64,000 nt of DNA from Bacilli bacterium (GCA_017411405.1 JAFQQE010000012.1:17280-81279); one strand, 5' to 3'. Numbered from the stretch's first letter, positions 9,230 through 19,572 are shown. A program made the numbers and translations. The notes: generated by a model not told the origin, from the sequence alone.

Positions 9230-10288
9230 ATGAAAAAAGTTTATATTATTTTAAGTTTAATTATAATTAATTTGATATTAGTTGTTATTACTTCTTTTTC
9301 TTTTGGTAGTATGTTTTTAAAAAGCAATAATATTATTTCTAAAAAGACAACTACTAAATTTATTACCGAAGTAATAAATAATACTACGGTAAATATTTCT
9401 GCAATAGGAGACTGTACAATTGGTTATGATGATAACTTTGGTTATACAAACAGTTTTAATGAAGTATTAAATAAAAATGGTTATGAATATTTTTTTAGTA
9501 ATGTAAAAAATGTAATAGGATATGATGATATTACTGTTGCTAATTTAGAGGGTACATTTACTGATTATAATCAAAAACGAGAAAAAGCCTTTAATTTTAA
9601 AGGCCCTAAAGATTATGTTAAAGTTTTAACTAAAGGTAGTATTGAGGTAGTAAATTTAGCTAATAATCATACTTATGATTATGGTGATATAGGTTATAAT
9701 GATACTGTTAATACATTAAATGAATCTAATGTTTCTTATTTTGGTTATGATAATTATTATGTATTTAAAAAAGATGATGTAAATATTGGATTTGCTGGAA
9801 TATTTTGTATAGAAAATAGGAACTGTACTACTAAGATAGATAAAGCTATAGAAAATTTAAGAGAAAGAAATGTTGATACAATTATTTTATCTTTTCATTG
9901 GGGGATAGAAAAATCTTATAGACAAAGTAGTATCCAAACTTATTTGGCACATTATGCAATTGATTCTGGAGTGGAATTGGTATTAGGTCATCATCCACAT
10001 GTATTGCAGGGGATAGAGCTTTATAATGATAAATATATAGTTTATAGTTTAGCAAATTTTAGTTTTGGTGGTAATAAAAATCCTGGTGATAAAGATACTA
10101 TGATATTTAATATTAAGTTTAAATATCAAAATAAAAAAATAGTAGATACTATTGTAAATGTTTATCCTACTAGAGTATCAAGTGTAAATAATATTAATGA
10201 TTATAGACCAACTATACTTGATGGCGAAGAGGCAAATAGAGTATTAAAAAAAATAGAAAAAAATAGCATTGGAGTAACTTTAACCTAA
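9230..10288 (+). CDS. CapA/PGA_cap family metallophosphoesterase-like protein (poly-gamma-glutamate capsule type)
   Basis: N-terminal TM anchor. Motifs NLANNHTYDYG, FHWGIE and LGHHPHVLQGIE...VYSLANF are typical of the CapA family. Confidence 0.7.
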   Translation: MKKVYIILSLIIINLILVVITSFSFGSMFLKSNNIISKKTTTKFITEVINNTTVNISAIGDCTIGYDDNFGYTNSFNEVLNKNGYEYFFSNVKNVIGYDDITVANLEGTFTDYNQKREKAFNFKGPKDYVKVLTKGSIEVVNLANNHTYDYGDIGYNDTVNTLNESNVSYFGYDNYYVFKKDDVNIGFAGIFCIENRNCTTKIDKAIENLRERNVDTIILSFHWGIEKSYRQSSIQTYLAHYAIDSGVELVLGHHPHVLQGIELYNDKYIVYSLANFSFGGNKNPGDKDTMIFNIKFKYQNKKIVDTIVNVYPTRVSSVNNINDYRPTILDGEEANRVLKKIEKNSIGVTLT

Positions 10289-11074
10289 TGCTATATCTAA
10301 AATCATCATTAAACTAAACCCAATTAGTGTAATAAAGGCCATAAGGTCTTTTTTTTCACTATTTTGACTTTCTGGTATTATTTCTTCAACTACAACATAT
10401 AACATTGCTCCTGCTGCAAATGCTAGTAGATAAGGCAAAACTATACTCATTTTTAATACTAATGAAGCTCCAATTATTCCTGCTATAGGTTCGACTATTG
10501 CGGAAACTGCTCCTATTAAGAATGCTTTCTTTTTATTTACACCACTACTTACTAAAGGTAGACTTATAGCACTACCTTCTGGAAAGTTTTGTATTCCTAT
10601 ACCTATTGCAAGAGATATAGCTGCTCCGATTGTAGCACCATTTAAACCATATATAACTGAACCAAATGCAACACCTATGGCCATTCCTTCAGGAATATTA
10701 TGTAACATTATTGAAAAGAATAACAAACTAATTCTTTTTTTATTATTTGAGACTTTTATTTTTTTTTCAAATATTTTATCTCCTATAAATAATAGTAAAG
10801 TTCCTCCTAATATGCCAATTGTTAATACAATGCTTGGTATTAAATTCAAGTTTTCTGACATTTCTATTGCAGGATTTATTAATGAAAAGAAACTAGCTGC
10901 AATCATAACTCCTGCACTTATACTTAAAAAAGAATCAAGTAAAGTTTTATTAAATTTTTTAAAGAAAAATACACTTGCTGAACCTAATGCAGTTATCAAA
11001 AATGTAAACATACATGCAATAAATGCTTGTAATGCTGGATTTAATTCATAAAAAAAACTAAACATTTTAATCAC
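10280..11074 (-). CDS. zupT: ZIP family zinc transporter
   Basis: Multi-TM protein with HNIPEGMAIGVAF and QNFPEGSA motifs. Confidence 0.8.
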   Translation of the reverse strand: MIKMFSFFYELNPALQAFIACMFTFLITALGSASVFFFKKFNKTLLDSFLSISAGVMIAASFFSLINPAIEMSENLNLIPSIVLTIGILGGTLLLFIGDKIFEKKIKVSNNKKRISLLFFSIMLHNIPEGMAIGVAFGSVIYGLNGATIGAAISLAIGIGIQNFPEGSAISLPLVSSGVNKKKAFLIGAVSAIVEPIAGIIGASLVLKMSIVLPYLLAFAAGAMLYVVVEEIIPESQNSEKKDLMAFITLIGFSLMMILDIALG

Positions 11075-11230
11075 CTACGATATTAAATGTTAAGTTTTTT
11101 TATTATGTATGGGCTATTATGAATTTACTAGTTTTTAATAATTATGTTATAATATTCTTAAGTTATGTTGTATATTTAGTAAAATAGTATATACTTAATT
11201 AAAGGTTTAGATAAATAAAGGAGTAAAAAT

Positions 11231-11842
11231 ATGAAAAAAATTAATAATCCATTAACTTATTTGATATTAATAATCTTTATTAATATTTTAATTTTAATGT
11301 TTTTAAAGGGAGCAGAATTTATATGTTTTACAATAGTACTAGATTTATCTTTCTTGGTTTTTTTTATTCCAAGGACAAAGAAATATATTATAAAAAATAC
11401 TTCAGATGTAGTTGTTGGAAGAATAATAGATACAATTGTGACTTACCAAAATATGATGTTTGATAATTCACAAATGCCCGAAATTAATAATTATTGTATA
11501 GTTGATTTAGAATATAAAGGGGAAGAATATAAATTATTAGTATATGACGAAACCATGGATTTAACGATTGATGATGAAGTACAAGTATATTTGAAAAAAG
11601 TAAAAAACAACGAAATTAAATATCAAATGGATATAGAAAAAAATATGTTTTATGGTAAGTCTTATAAAAGTATAATAATAATAGAAGAACAATTAGATCA
11701 AATTGATGATACTTTACCTGAAGAAAACTTATTAATTTACCATAATAACATTGAATTAAATTTATCTAATTTAAAATTTGGTAATGGAACTATTGATTAT
11801 AAAAATGTTATAATAAAAAAAAATAATCAAAATCAGAATTAG
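11231..11842 (+). CDS. hypothetical membrane protein
   Basis: RBS AAGGAG upstream and two N-terminal hydrophobic helices. No family recognised. Confidence 0.5.
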   Translation: MKKINNPLTYLILIIFINILILMFLKGAEFICFTIVLDLSFLVFFIPRTKKYIIKNTSDVVVGRIIDTIVTYQNMMFDNSQMPEINNYCIVDLEYKGEEYKLLVYDETMDLTIDDEVQVYLKKVKNNEIKYQMDIEKNMFYGKSYKSIIIIEEQLDQIDDTLPEENLLIYHNNIELNLSNLKFGNGTIDYKNVIIKKNNQNQN

Positions 11843-11940
11843 TACTGGGAACTTAAAAGTGTTCAAAAATGATGTAAAAATAATTAAATTGATAAGAACA
11901 AGAATTTATTAAAAATTTCTAAAACAAATAAAAAATAGAA

Positions 11941-11964
11941 AAAGAGAAAAATAATTTTCTCTTT
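11941..11964. terminator. bidirectional hairpin between convergent genes
   Basis: 10-bp stem AAAGAGAAAA/TTTTCTCTTT flanked by A-runs and T-runs. Confidence 0.5.
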
Positions 11965-12021
11965 TTAATTACTATCTTTTTATAAATTCTCCAAAATGTG
12001 ATTTATATCAAGTAAATGTTT

Positions 12022-13689
12022 TTATCTTCTTACTTCCATAATAACAGGTAATATAATTGGTCTTCTTCCAGTTAAATTTATTATAAATGGATTAAGTTCT
12101 AATATAATTTGATTTTTTAAATTTATGTAATTATATCCTGTATTTAATGAACTTTTAACTATTTCACTAACTTTTTTTTCTATTTCGTGAATTAATTCTC
12201 CATTTTCATTTACTAATATAAATCCTCTTGTTGTAATGTTTGGTTTAATTAATAATTCTTTTTTTATTGGATCAACATTTATTATTGTAACTAATATACC
12301 GTCATTACTCATTAATCTTCGATCTCTTATTACAACGGAACCAATATCTCCAATACGAGAACCATCAACGTAAACATCACCAGCTGGAATCTTTTTATTT
12401 ATAACAGCATTATTTTTAGATAGTTCTAAAACATCACCATTTCTCATAATGAATATATTTTCTGGCTTTATATCACAAGATACTGCTAAATCCATGTGTT
12501 TTTTTAACATTCTATATTCACCGTGTACTGGCATAAAGTATTCTGGTTTAATTATTCTTAACATCCATTTTAATTCTTCTTGTTTAGCATGCCCTGATGT
12601 ATGTATATCTGCAAGTTCTGTATTTGTATAAACTTTTACTCCTTTTAAATATAATTTATTTATTATATTATTTATACTAGCACTATTTCCAGGAATAGGA
12701 CTTGATGAGAATATTACAACATCATCAGGTAAAAGTTGTATTTGTTTGTGTGTTCCATTTGCAATTCTTGATAGTGCAGCAAGCGGTTCACCTTGAGAAC
12801 CAGTACAAAGTATACATATTTCATTTTTCTTTAAATCTTTTGCTGCATTTGCATCAATAAATATATTGCTGTCTTTTATTAGATTGTTTTTTAATGCTAT
12901 ATCTTTTGCAGTTTCCATACTTCTTCCAAAAGTAATAATTTTTCTATTGTTTTTTCTGCATGTTTCTACTATATGCTTTATTCTATAAATATTTGAAGCG
13001 AATGTAGCAATTATTATTCTTGATTTGACTTTATGGAAAATATCTCCTAATGCTTCATCTACTGAACTCTCACTTTTAGAAAAACCTTCTGATAAAGCAT
13101 TAGTACTATCTGAAAGTAGTAATTTTACTCCTTTTTTACCTAAATCAGCCATTTTATGTATATCAGCCATTGGACCAATAGGTGTTAAATCAAATTTAAA
13201 GTCTCCAGTAGTCATTATTATACCAATTGGTGTATGAACTACTATTGCAAATGAATCTGGTATAGAGTGAGTTGTATTAATAAATTCTATATTCATATTT
13301 TTAAATTTGATATTTGAATCTTTATTTACAACTTCTAAATTGTCGTATCTGATATTTTTATCAAGTAATTTTTTTTCTATTAAATCACATGCAATTTGTG
13401 GTGCATATATTTTTGGTATTTCAATGCTTTGTAATAAGAATGAAATACCACCAATATGATCTTCATGACCATGTGTAATAAATAATCCTTTAATTTTTTT
13501 CTCTTTTTGTTTTAAATAAGTAATATCTTGTATAACATAATCTATCCCTAACAAATCATCTTCTGGAAACATTACTCCAGCATCTATAATTATTAGTTCG
13601 TTATTTGTTTCTATAATATACATATTCTTACCAATTTCGCCTAAACCACCTAAGGCTGCAACTATTACAGTTGTATCATTATTCTTCAT
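12022..13689 (-). CDS. rnj: ribonuclease J
   Basis: Metallo-beta-lactamase motif ITHGHEDHIGG, a beta-CASP region and the RNase J C-terminal domain. 555 aa, the typical length. Confidence 0.92.
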   Translation of the reverse strand: MKNNDTTVIVAALGGLGEIGKNMYIIETNNELIIIDAGVMFPEDDLLGIDYVIQDITYLKQKEKKIKGLFITHGHEDHIGGISFLLQSIEIPKIYAPQIACDLIEKKLLDKNIRYDNLEVVNKDSNIKFKNMNIEFINTTHSIPDSFAIVVHTPIGIIMTTGDFKFDLTPIGPMADIHKMADLGKKGVKLLLSDSTNALSEGFSKSESSVDEALGDIFHKVKSRIIIATFASNIYRIKHIVETCRKNNRKIITFGRSMETAKDIALKNNLIKDSNIFIDANAAKDLKKNEICILCTGSQGEPLAALSRIANGTHKQIQLLPDDVVIFSSSPIPGNSASINNIINKLYLKGVKVYTNTELADIHTSGHAKQEELKWMLRIIKPEYFMPVHGEYRMLKKHMDLAVSCDIKPENIFIMRNGDVLELSKNNAVINKKIPAGDVYVDGSRIGDIGSVVIRDRRLMSNDGILVTIINVDPIKKELLIKPNITTRGFILVNENGELIHEIEKKVSEIVKSSLNTGYNYINLKNQIILELNPFIINLTGRRPIILPVIMEVRR

Positions 13690-13826
13690 AAATTTCCTCC
13701 TTAAAAAATAAAAAATAACAAAGCTATTTGATGTATTAATTATAATATAAAAATTTTATTTTGTCTAGTAAATGCTATTTGAAAAAATATTATAAATAAA
13801 GTATTATATATTTAGTGAGGTTTTGT

Positions 13827-14633
13827 ATGTATAAAAAGATATATTTAGAAATAACAAATAATTGTAATTTAAGTTGTTCATTTTGTATTAAAAATTCTAG
13901 ACCTAATATGTTTTTGTCAAAAGATAATTTTATTAATATATTAGATAAAATAAAAGATTATACTAATTATTTATATTTTCATATATTAGGTGAACCTTTA
14001 TTACATCCTAATATAAATGAATTTATTAATATAGCTAATGAAAACAAATTTAAAGTAAATATTACTACTAATGGTTATTTAATAAAAAATATTATAGATA
14101 ATAAGAATATTAGACAGTTAAATATTTCTTTGCATAGTTATAATGAAATATATAAGATTGATTTACAAGAATATATGAGTAATATTTTTAATGTAGTGGA
14201 TGTTTTAAGTCAGAACACTTATATATCTTATAGAATATGGTTAAAGAATAAGTATACTGAAGAAATATTAAAATTATTGAATAAAAAATATAATACTAAT
14301 TTGACTATAGATAATATTAAGAATAATAGTACTTTAAGTAAAAATGTTTTTATAAGTATAAATGAAGAGTTTATTTGGCCTAGTTTGGATAATAATTATT
14401 ATAGTGAAATAGGTAATTGTTATGCTTTAAAAGATCATATTGGTATATTGGTAGACGGAACAATAGTTCCTTGCTGTTTAGATACTAAAGGTATAATTAA
14501 GTTAGGTAATATTTATAAAGATAATCTAACTGACGTTATTAATAGTGATAGATATCAAGGTATGTTAAATGGATTTAAACATAATAAGAAGTGTGAATTA
14601 TTATGTAAGAAGTGTAATTTTTTAGATAAGTAA
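13827..14633 (+). CDS. small radical SAM protein with Cys-rich SPASM/twitch-like C-terminus
   Basis: CNLSCSFC (CX3CX2C) at the N-terminus. C-terminal cysteines lie in VPCCLDTKG...CELLCKKCNF. ATG at 13827 follows GTGAGG. Confidence 0.7.
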   Translation: MYKKIYLEITNNCNLSCSFCIKNSRPNMFLSKDNFINILDKIKDYTNYLYFHILGEPLLHPNINEFINIANENKFKVNITTNGYLIKNIIDNKNIRQLNISLHSYNEIYKIDLQEYMSNIFNVVDVLSQNTYISYRIWLKNKYTEEILKLLNKKYNTNLTIDNIKNNSTLSKNVFISINEEFIWPSLDNNYYSEIGNCYALKDHIGILVDGTIVPCCLDTKGIIKLGNIYKDNLTDVINSDRYQGMLNGFKHNKKCELLCKKCNFLDK

Positions 14634-14712
14634 TATAAATTATTAATATTACTTTTTTTATTGTAAAAAACTTACAAATATTATATACTTTTTATATAAA
14701 GTAGGTGATATA

Positions 14713-15393
14713 GTGAATAATAAAGGTTTTATTGCAACTAGTTTGATTTATTCATTCTTTTTAATTTTTATTACTTTATTTTTGACTATTATTGCTGATT
14801 ATTTACAAGATAAAGTTTTGTTAAATACTATTGAAAACGGTATAAAAGATATTTTAAATAATACAATGACTATTAATGATTTTGAAGTAGGCGATATCTT
14901 AGTATTTGATGAAGATAGTGATAGTTCGATTAATTTTTCTCATAAATATGATGATTTAAAAGATGATATATGGATTGTATCCAAAGTTAATACCAATGAA
15001 AATAAGATTGTTTTATATAGTTATGGTGCTAGTTATAGTTATGAAAGTAATGATAAATTAACATTAAATGATGTTTATAACGACTTAAGTTATGGTGGTT
15101 ATTTAAATGATACTTATTTAAGTAAAATCATTTATACAAGTCAATTCAAATTTGGTTTAATTGAAAATCATATGTCTTCTTATTCATTTGATTTAAATAC
15201 TTTTATTTTAAATCTTGATTATTTGAACAAAATTATAAGTGAAGCAGGATGCTTAGATACATATGAGTGTAATTTATATTATGAAGATGATTATGGTTGT
15301 AGATTAAGAAAAGAAGTTAATATAGGAACTGATAAATTAATTAAGGGTGAAACTTCTCCAGATGGTTCAATTACTCTAATAGGGGTGGAATAA
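14713..15393 (+). CDS. pilin-like protein with atypical prepilin leader lacking Glu+5
   Basis: N-terminus MNNKG/FIATSLIYSFFLIFITLFL. GTG start after AGGTGA. Confidence 0.45.
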   Translation: MNNKGFIATSLIYSFFLIFITLFLTIIADYLQDKVLLNTIENGIKDILNNTMTINDFEVGDILVFDEDSDSSINFSHKYDDLKDDIWIVSKVNTNENKIVLYSYGASYSYESNDKLTLNDVYNDLSYGGYLNDTYLSKIIYTSQFKFGLIENHMSSYSFDLNTFILNLDYLNKIISEAGCLDTYECNLYYEDDYGCRLRKEVNIGTDKLIKGETSPDGSITLIGVE

Positions 15394-15884
15394 TGAAGAA
15401 TAAAGGTTTTGTTTTAATGGAAACTATAGTAGTAATTGTTGTTATATCTGTTGCTTTGGTTACAGTTTTTGCTTCTTATAATAAAATATTATCTAAATTA
15501 AAAACTGAAAATAAGTATGATACTAGTGAATATATATATATGACTTATTATATAAAAAAAAGTTTAAGTAATAGTATTGTTGCTCAAGATATTACTAATA
15601 GTAATATTACTAATTATTATAATAATTCTATGGATAAGTTTAATGTGAAAAATGTATATATATTAACTAATTTAAATGCTGCTAATAGTACTTATTTATC
15701 TAAATTTGATGCTTATATGATAGATTATATTAGAAAATTAGATGTAACGGATAATGAAGAGTTAATAATTGTTGAGTATAAAAGACCTGCTTTAAAAACT
15801 GATGGTAATGAATTAAAAGAATATAAGGATGGTAGCGAAGGGGGTATATTATATGAAACGTATATTGCAAGCTTGGAATGGTAA
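15393..15884 (+). CDS. type IV prepilin-like (pseudopilin, ComG-type) protein
   Basis: Class III signal MKNKG/FVLMETIVVIVVISVAL with Glu at +5. TAATG overlap with the upstream gene. Confidence 0.7.
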   Translation: MKNKGFVLMETIVVIVVISVALVTVFASYNKILSKLKTENKYDTSEYIYMTYYIKKSLSNSIVAQDITNSNITNYYNNSMDKFNVKNVYILTNLNAANSTYLSKFDAYMIDYIRKLDVTDNEELIIVEYKRPALKTDGNELKEYKDGSEGGILYETYIASLEW

Positions 15885-16452
15885 ATCAAATAATAAGGGT
15901 ATGACATTAGTTGAAATTATCATTTCTATTGCTTTAATTACAATTGTATTAGTATTCTTATTTTCATTGCTAATTACTGTAAATGATATTAATAAAGAAA
16001 GTGAAGTTAATTCAACTTATTTAGTTAATAAGTCATTGATATTAAAAAATATACAAGGTGATTTAAGTAAATTTGATTCTATTCAATTGTCTTCTTGTAA
16101 TATAAAAGATTTTTATACAACTTATGAATCTGATAGAGGTGAAAATATTGCTAATGATTGTTTAGAAATAACTTATAAAGATGATGTTAATCCTGCTTAC
16201 TTAGCTATATATTATTATGAAAATCAAAATGATTATGTAATTTCATATATACATGGTAATGTAAAATCAACAAGAAAACTTCCAGAGTTTGAAAAATATA
16301 ATGTTGATGCTGATAGTCTAAAAAAAGAATTCATTTATAATGGTGAAGTAACAGATGGTTTTTATACAATAACAATACCAATAATTGGTTCTGATGGGAA
16401 AGATTATTCTATAATAATTTCATACTATGGAACAGTAAAAATAGAAACATAG
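15853..16452 (+). CDS. type IV prepilin-like (pseudopilin) protein
   Basis: Leader ...SNNKG/MTLVEIIISIALITIVL with Glu at +5. ATG at 15853 follows GAAGGGGG and overlaps the previous gene. Confidence 0.65.
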   Translation: MKRILQAWNGKSNNKGMTLVEIIISIALITIVLVFLFSLLITVNDINKESEVNSTYLVNKSLILKNIQGDLSKFDSIQLSSCNIKDFYTTYESDRGENIANDCLEITYKDDVNPAYLAIYYYENQNDYVISYIHGNVKSTRKLPEFEKYNVDADSLKKEFIYNGEVTDGFYTITIPIIGSDGKDYSIIISYYGTVKIET

Positions 16453-17296
16453 ATATTATTAAAGTTAGTAATCTACTTTTAAAAAACAATTTATAATTAG
16501 TATCTGTAAAGATGCTTTTTATTTGTATATGAATTGATAATCCTCCAAATGATAGGTAAACTAAAGATAGTAAAACTTTTAAAGTATAATTAATATTGAT
16601 ATATTTTAAACTAGATAAAGCAGTTGTTATTTCTAGTAATCCATTTATTATATTTTTTAATAGTGGGTTAAATGTAGGCAATATATTGATTATTAAATTA
16701 AAGAATATTAAAGTTCCTAGTATCATAAGCAATGTATCCATAGTATTTTTAATTATATTAGATATATCTATATTTTTATTTATATTTTTATTATTTAGTA
16801 TTTTTATTTTTTCATTTCTATTTATGATACCTACTATAATATTAGATAATACTATTATTAATAGTATTTTATATGAAGTTTGTTTATTTAGATAAAGGTT
16901 TAATAGGCTTATTATGAGTAATGGATTATAATTTGTTGTAAATATTAATAATTTATTACCTTCTTCTTTAGTTATTAAGTTATTGTCTTTTAAATCTTTA
17001 ATATATTTTGCATTAGATGGAGATCCTGATATTAAACTAAGTAAAAATACAAATATACCATATTTGCTAGTTTTAAATATTTTAGAAAAAGTTTTACCTA
17101 GTATATTGCATAAATTATATATTAATTTGCTTTCTATAATTAAACTACTTATAATAAACATAGGAAATAAGTTGGGTACAATGTTTTTGAACCAAATAAG
17201 TGTAGTGTTATATATGGTATAATACATTATATCTTTTTTTATAAATATTAATATTAAAAATAATAATATTGTTATTTTAGTAAGTTTGTTTTTCAT
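16409..17296 (-). CDS. YlbJ-like / nucleoside-recognition (Gate) domain integral membrane protein
   Basis: Polytopic membrane protein with an SFGGLSIHIQ motif like sporulation protein YlbJ. It is adjacent to a ylbL-like gene, as in Bacillus. Confidence 0.4.
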   Translation of the reverse strand: MKNKLTKITILLFLILIFIKKDIMYYTIYNTTLIWFKNIVPNLFPMFIISSLIIESKLIYNLCNILGKTFSKIFKTSKYGIFVFLLSLISGSPSNAKYIKDLKDNNLITKEEGNKLLIFTTNYNPLLIISLLNLYLNKQTSYKILLIIVLSNIIVGIINRNEKIKILNNKNINKNIDISNIIKNTMDTLLMILGTLIFFNLIINILPTFNPLLKNIINGLLEITTALSSLKYININYTLKVLLSLVYLSFGGLSIHIQIKSIFTDTNYKLFFKSRLLTLIISMFLFLLFHSMKLL

Positions 17297-17364
17297 AATA
17301 TAATATATTTAATATTTTCTTAATAAATTCATGTAAAGTTTGATATAATATATTAGTGATTATT

Positions 17365-18375
17365 ATGAAGAAGATTATTGATTATATAAAATTATTTTTT
17401 AAAGAAAATTATAAAGGATTATTAATACTTTTAGGTATTTTCGTTATATGTAATTATAGATTAAATTATAGCATATATACTCCAGGTGGTTTGATTGATT
17501 TAAATGATAGAATTGTTAGTGAAGATAAACTTTATGATTCTAATGGAAGTATTAATCTTACTTATGTTAGTTTAGTTAAAGGGACTATTCCTACTTATTT
17601 ACTTGCTAAAGTTATACCTACTTGGGATATAGTTAAAAATGATGATATTACTTATGATGGAGATATTGATGAAACTATAAAGATAGATAAGTATTATTTA
17701 GAAGAAAGTATAAGTAATGCATATATGGTTGCCTATAATAAAGCTGGTGTTGATTATAAAATTACTAATTCTGAAAATTATATTACATATGTAAATGAAA
17801 GTGTAAAGAGTAACTTAAAATTATTTGATAAAATAATAAAGTATGATAATATAGATTATACAACTTTTGCTGCTTTGCAAGATTATATAAGTAGTAAAAA
17901 TGTTGGTGATAAAGTTATTTTTCAGGTTATTAGAGATAATAAAGCTGTTGAATGTTATGCTGAATTAATTGATATTAATGGCATAGCTAAAATAGGAATT
18001 AGTGCTGTAAATATTAATGAATATGATAGTCATATTAATGTTGATATAAAATCTAAAAGTAGTGAATCAGGCTCTAGTGGAGGTTTTATGACAGCGCTTG
18101 CAATATATAATTCAATAACTGAAAAAGATATTACAAAAGGTAGAAAAATTGCTGGAACTGGTACTATAGATTTGTATGGTAATGTTGGAGAAATTGGAGG
18201 AGTAAAATATAAATTAAGTGGTGCAGTTAAAAATAAAGCAGATTTGATGTTAGTACCTAGTAGTAATTATGAAGAAGCTTATCAATATAAAAAAGAACAA
18301 GGATTTGATATAGAATTAGTTTCTATAAGTGATTTTGATGAAGCAATTGATTTTTTAAATAATTGGGAGGGTTAA
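17365..18375 (+). CDS. YlbL/SepM family PDZ plus Lon-like (S16) serine protease
   Basis: N-terminal TM, a PDZ-like middle region and the Lon protease C-terminal motif SGSSGGFMTALAIYN...KIAGTGTI...IGGVKYK. Confidence 0.7.
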   Translation: MKKIIDYIKLFFKENYKGLLILLGIFVICNYRLNYSIYTPGGLIDLNDRIVSEDKLYDSNGSINLTYVSLVKGTIPTYLLAKVIPTWDIVKNDDITYDGDIDETIKIDKYYLEESISNAYMVAYNKAGVDYKITNSENYITYVNESVKSNLKLFDKIIKYDNIDYTTFAALQDYISSKNVGDKVIFQVIRDNKAVECYAELIDINGIAKIGISAVNINEYDSHINVDIKSKSSESGSSGGFMTALAIYNSITEKDITKGRKIAGTGTIDLYGNVGEIGGVKYKLSGAVKNKADLMLVPSSNYEEAYQYKKEQGFDIELVSISDFDEAIDFLNNWEG

Positions 18376-18376
18376 A

Positions 18377-19351
18377 ATGGAAAGATATTTTATAAAGTTT
18401 GAAGATATAATTAATAATAATATATTAAATAAAAAATTCGATATATATAGTGATGATTTAAAAATTAAGAAAAAGACAAAGAATGGCAAGAATGTATTTC
18501 AAAATATAACTGTTTTTAATAATTATTCTAAGGATTTAATACAATATTCTAGAGGTTTAGATTGTAATAGTATTCTTATGGTTGAACTTACAAAAGAAGA
18601 GAGTGAATTATATGATCCTTTATTTATAAGAAAATATAAAAGTTTAAAGGGAAATATATATGAAGAAGTTGATAGTAAAACACAAAAAATAGAATTAATA
18701 AATTACAATGGTATAATAAAAATGACTGATAAAGAGTTAAGTAAAGGTTTGATAGTTAGTATTTTACCTAAAAAATCTGATGCTAAATCGTTATTAAAGA
18801 ATAATAATTCTAATAAGCGTGTTATGGAAGTGGAAAATAAAAATATTATTAAATATTCAACTGTTAGAGAAGATATAGTTAAATCTGGAGTTGGGTGTGA
18901 TTTATATTTTTATACAAAAGATGAAGATTTAAAATCATTTTATAATGATGATATTATAGAAGTTGAAACTGAAGAGGATTATCAAGTTAAAATAACTAAG
19001 CATAAGTTATTTATAATGGATAAAATTACTCAGAGAGATAGAGATGAGCTTGCTATATCTACATTCTTGAGTTTAAATGGTTTAATTGAAAAATCTATGC
19101 CTATAAAAAAAGAATATAATGATTCTTATTATGATTTTAAATTATGTAAATATTCTGATGAAGCAAGGATTGGATATTTATTAGATGAAGATTATTTAAG
19201 ACGTTTGTTATATACAGATTGTATTAGAGAGTTATTTCCATTTATTACTGTTTATGTATTAGAAAATGGAATATATAATAAAATGAATTTGCATGATTAT
19301 TTATATAATAAAGAAACTATAAAATATATTAAAAAAGCTGACAAGAAGTAA
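18377..19351 (+). CDS. hypothetical protein
   Basis: 324-aa ORF starting 1 nt after the protease stop. A hairpin terminator CTGACA...TGTCAG plus T-run lies at its end. No family recognised. Confidence 0.5.
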   Translation: MERYFIKFEDIINNNILNKKFDIYSDDLKIKKKTKNGKNVFQNITVFNNYSKDLIQYSRGLDCNSILMVELTKEESELYDPLFIRKYKSLKGNIYEEVDSKTQKIELINYNGIIKMTDKELSKGLIVSILPKKSDAKSLLKNNNSNKRVMEVENKNIIKYSTVREDIVKSGVGCDLYFYTKDEDLKSFYNDDIIEVETEEDYQVKITKHKLFIMDKITQRDRDELAISTFLSLNGLIEKSMPIKKEYNDSYYDFKLCKYSDEARIGYLLDEDYLRRLLYTDCIRELFPFITVYVLENGIYNKMNLHDYLYNKETIKYIKKADKK

Positions 19352-19403
19352 TTGTCAGTTTTTTTGTAAATAAAAAAAGTTCATAAGAACTTAATTTTTT
19401 TAA

Positions 19404-19494
19404 TGGCGGAGTAGAGAGGATTTGAACCTCCGCGCCAGTTACCCGACCTACATCCTTAGCAGGGACGCCTCTTCAGCCTCTTGAGTACTACTCC
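19404..19494 (-). tRNA. tRNA-Ser (anticodon GCU), CCA encoded
   Basis: The reverse complement folds as a class II tRNA. Acceptor GGAGTAG pairs with CTACTCC, anticodon loop is CUGCUAA, there is a long variable arm, and the T-loop is GGTTCAAATCC. Upstream promoter is TTGACA-17-TAAAAT. Confidence 0.9.
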
Positions 19495-19572
19495 ATGCCC
19501 GATAAATAAATTTTACTATATTGTTTATTATTTGTCAATTTAAAGTCGTAAAATTTATTAAAAAAGAAGTAA

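Noticed and set aside
10677-11051. 124-aa plus-strand ORF inside the ZIP transporter gene
   Set aside because: It is antisense to a CDS with clear ZIP motifs (HNIPEG) and has no start context. It is a compositional artefact.
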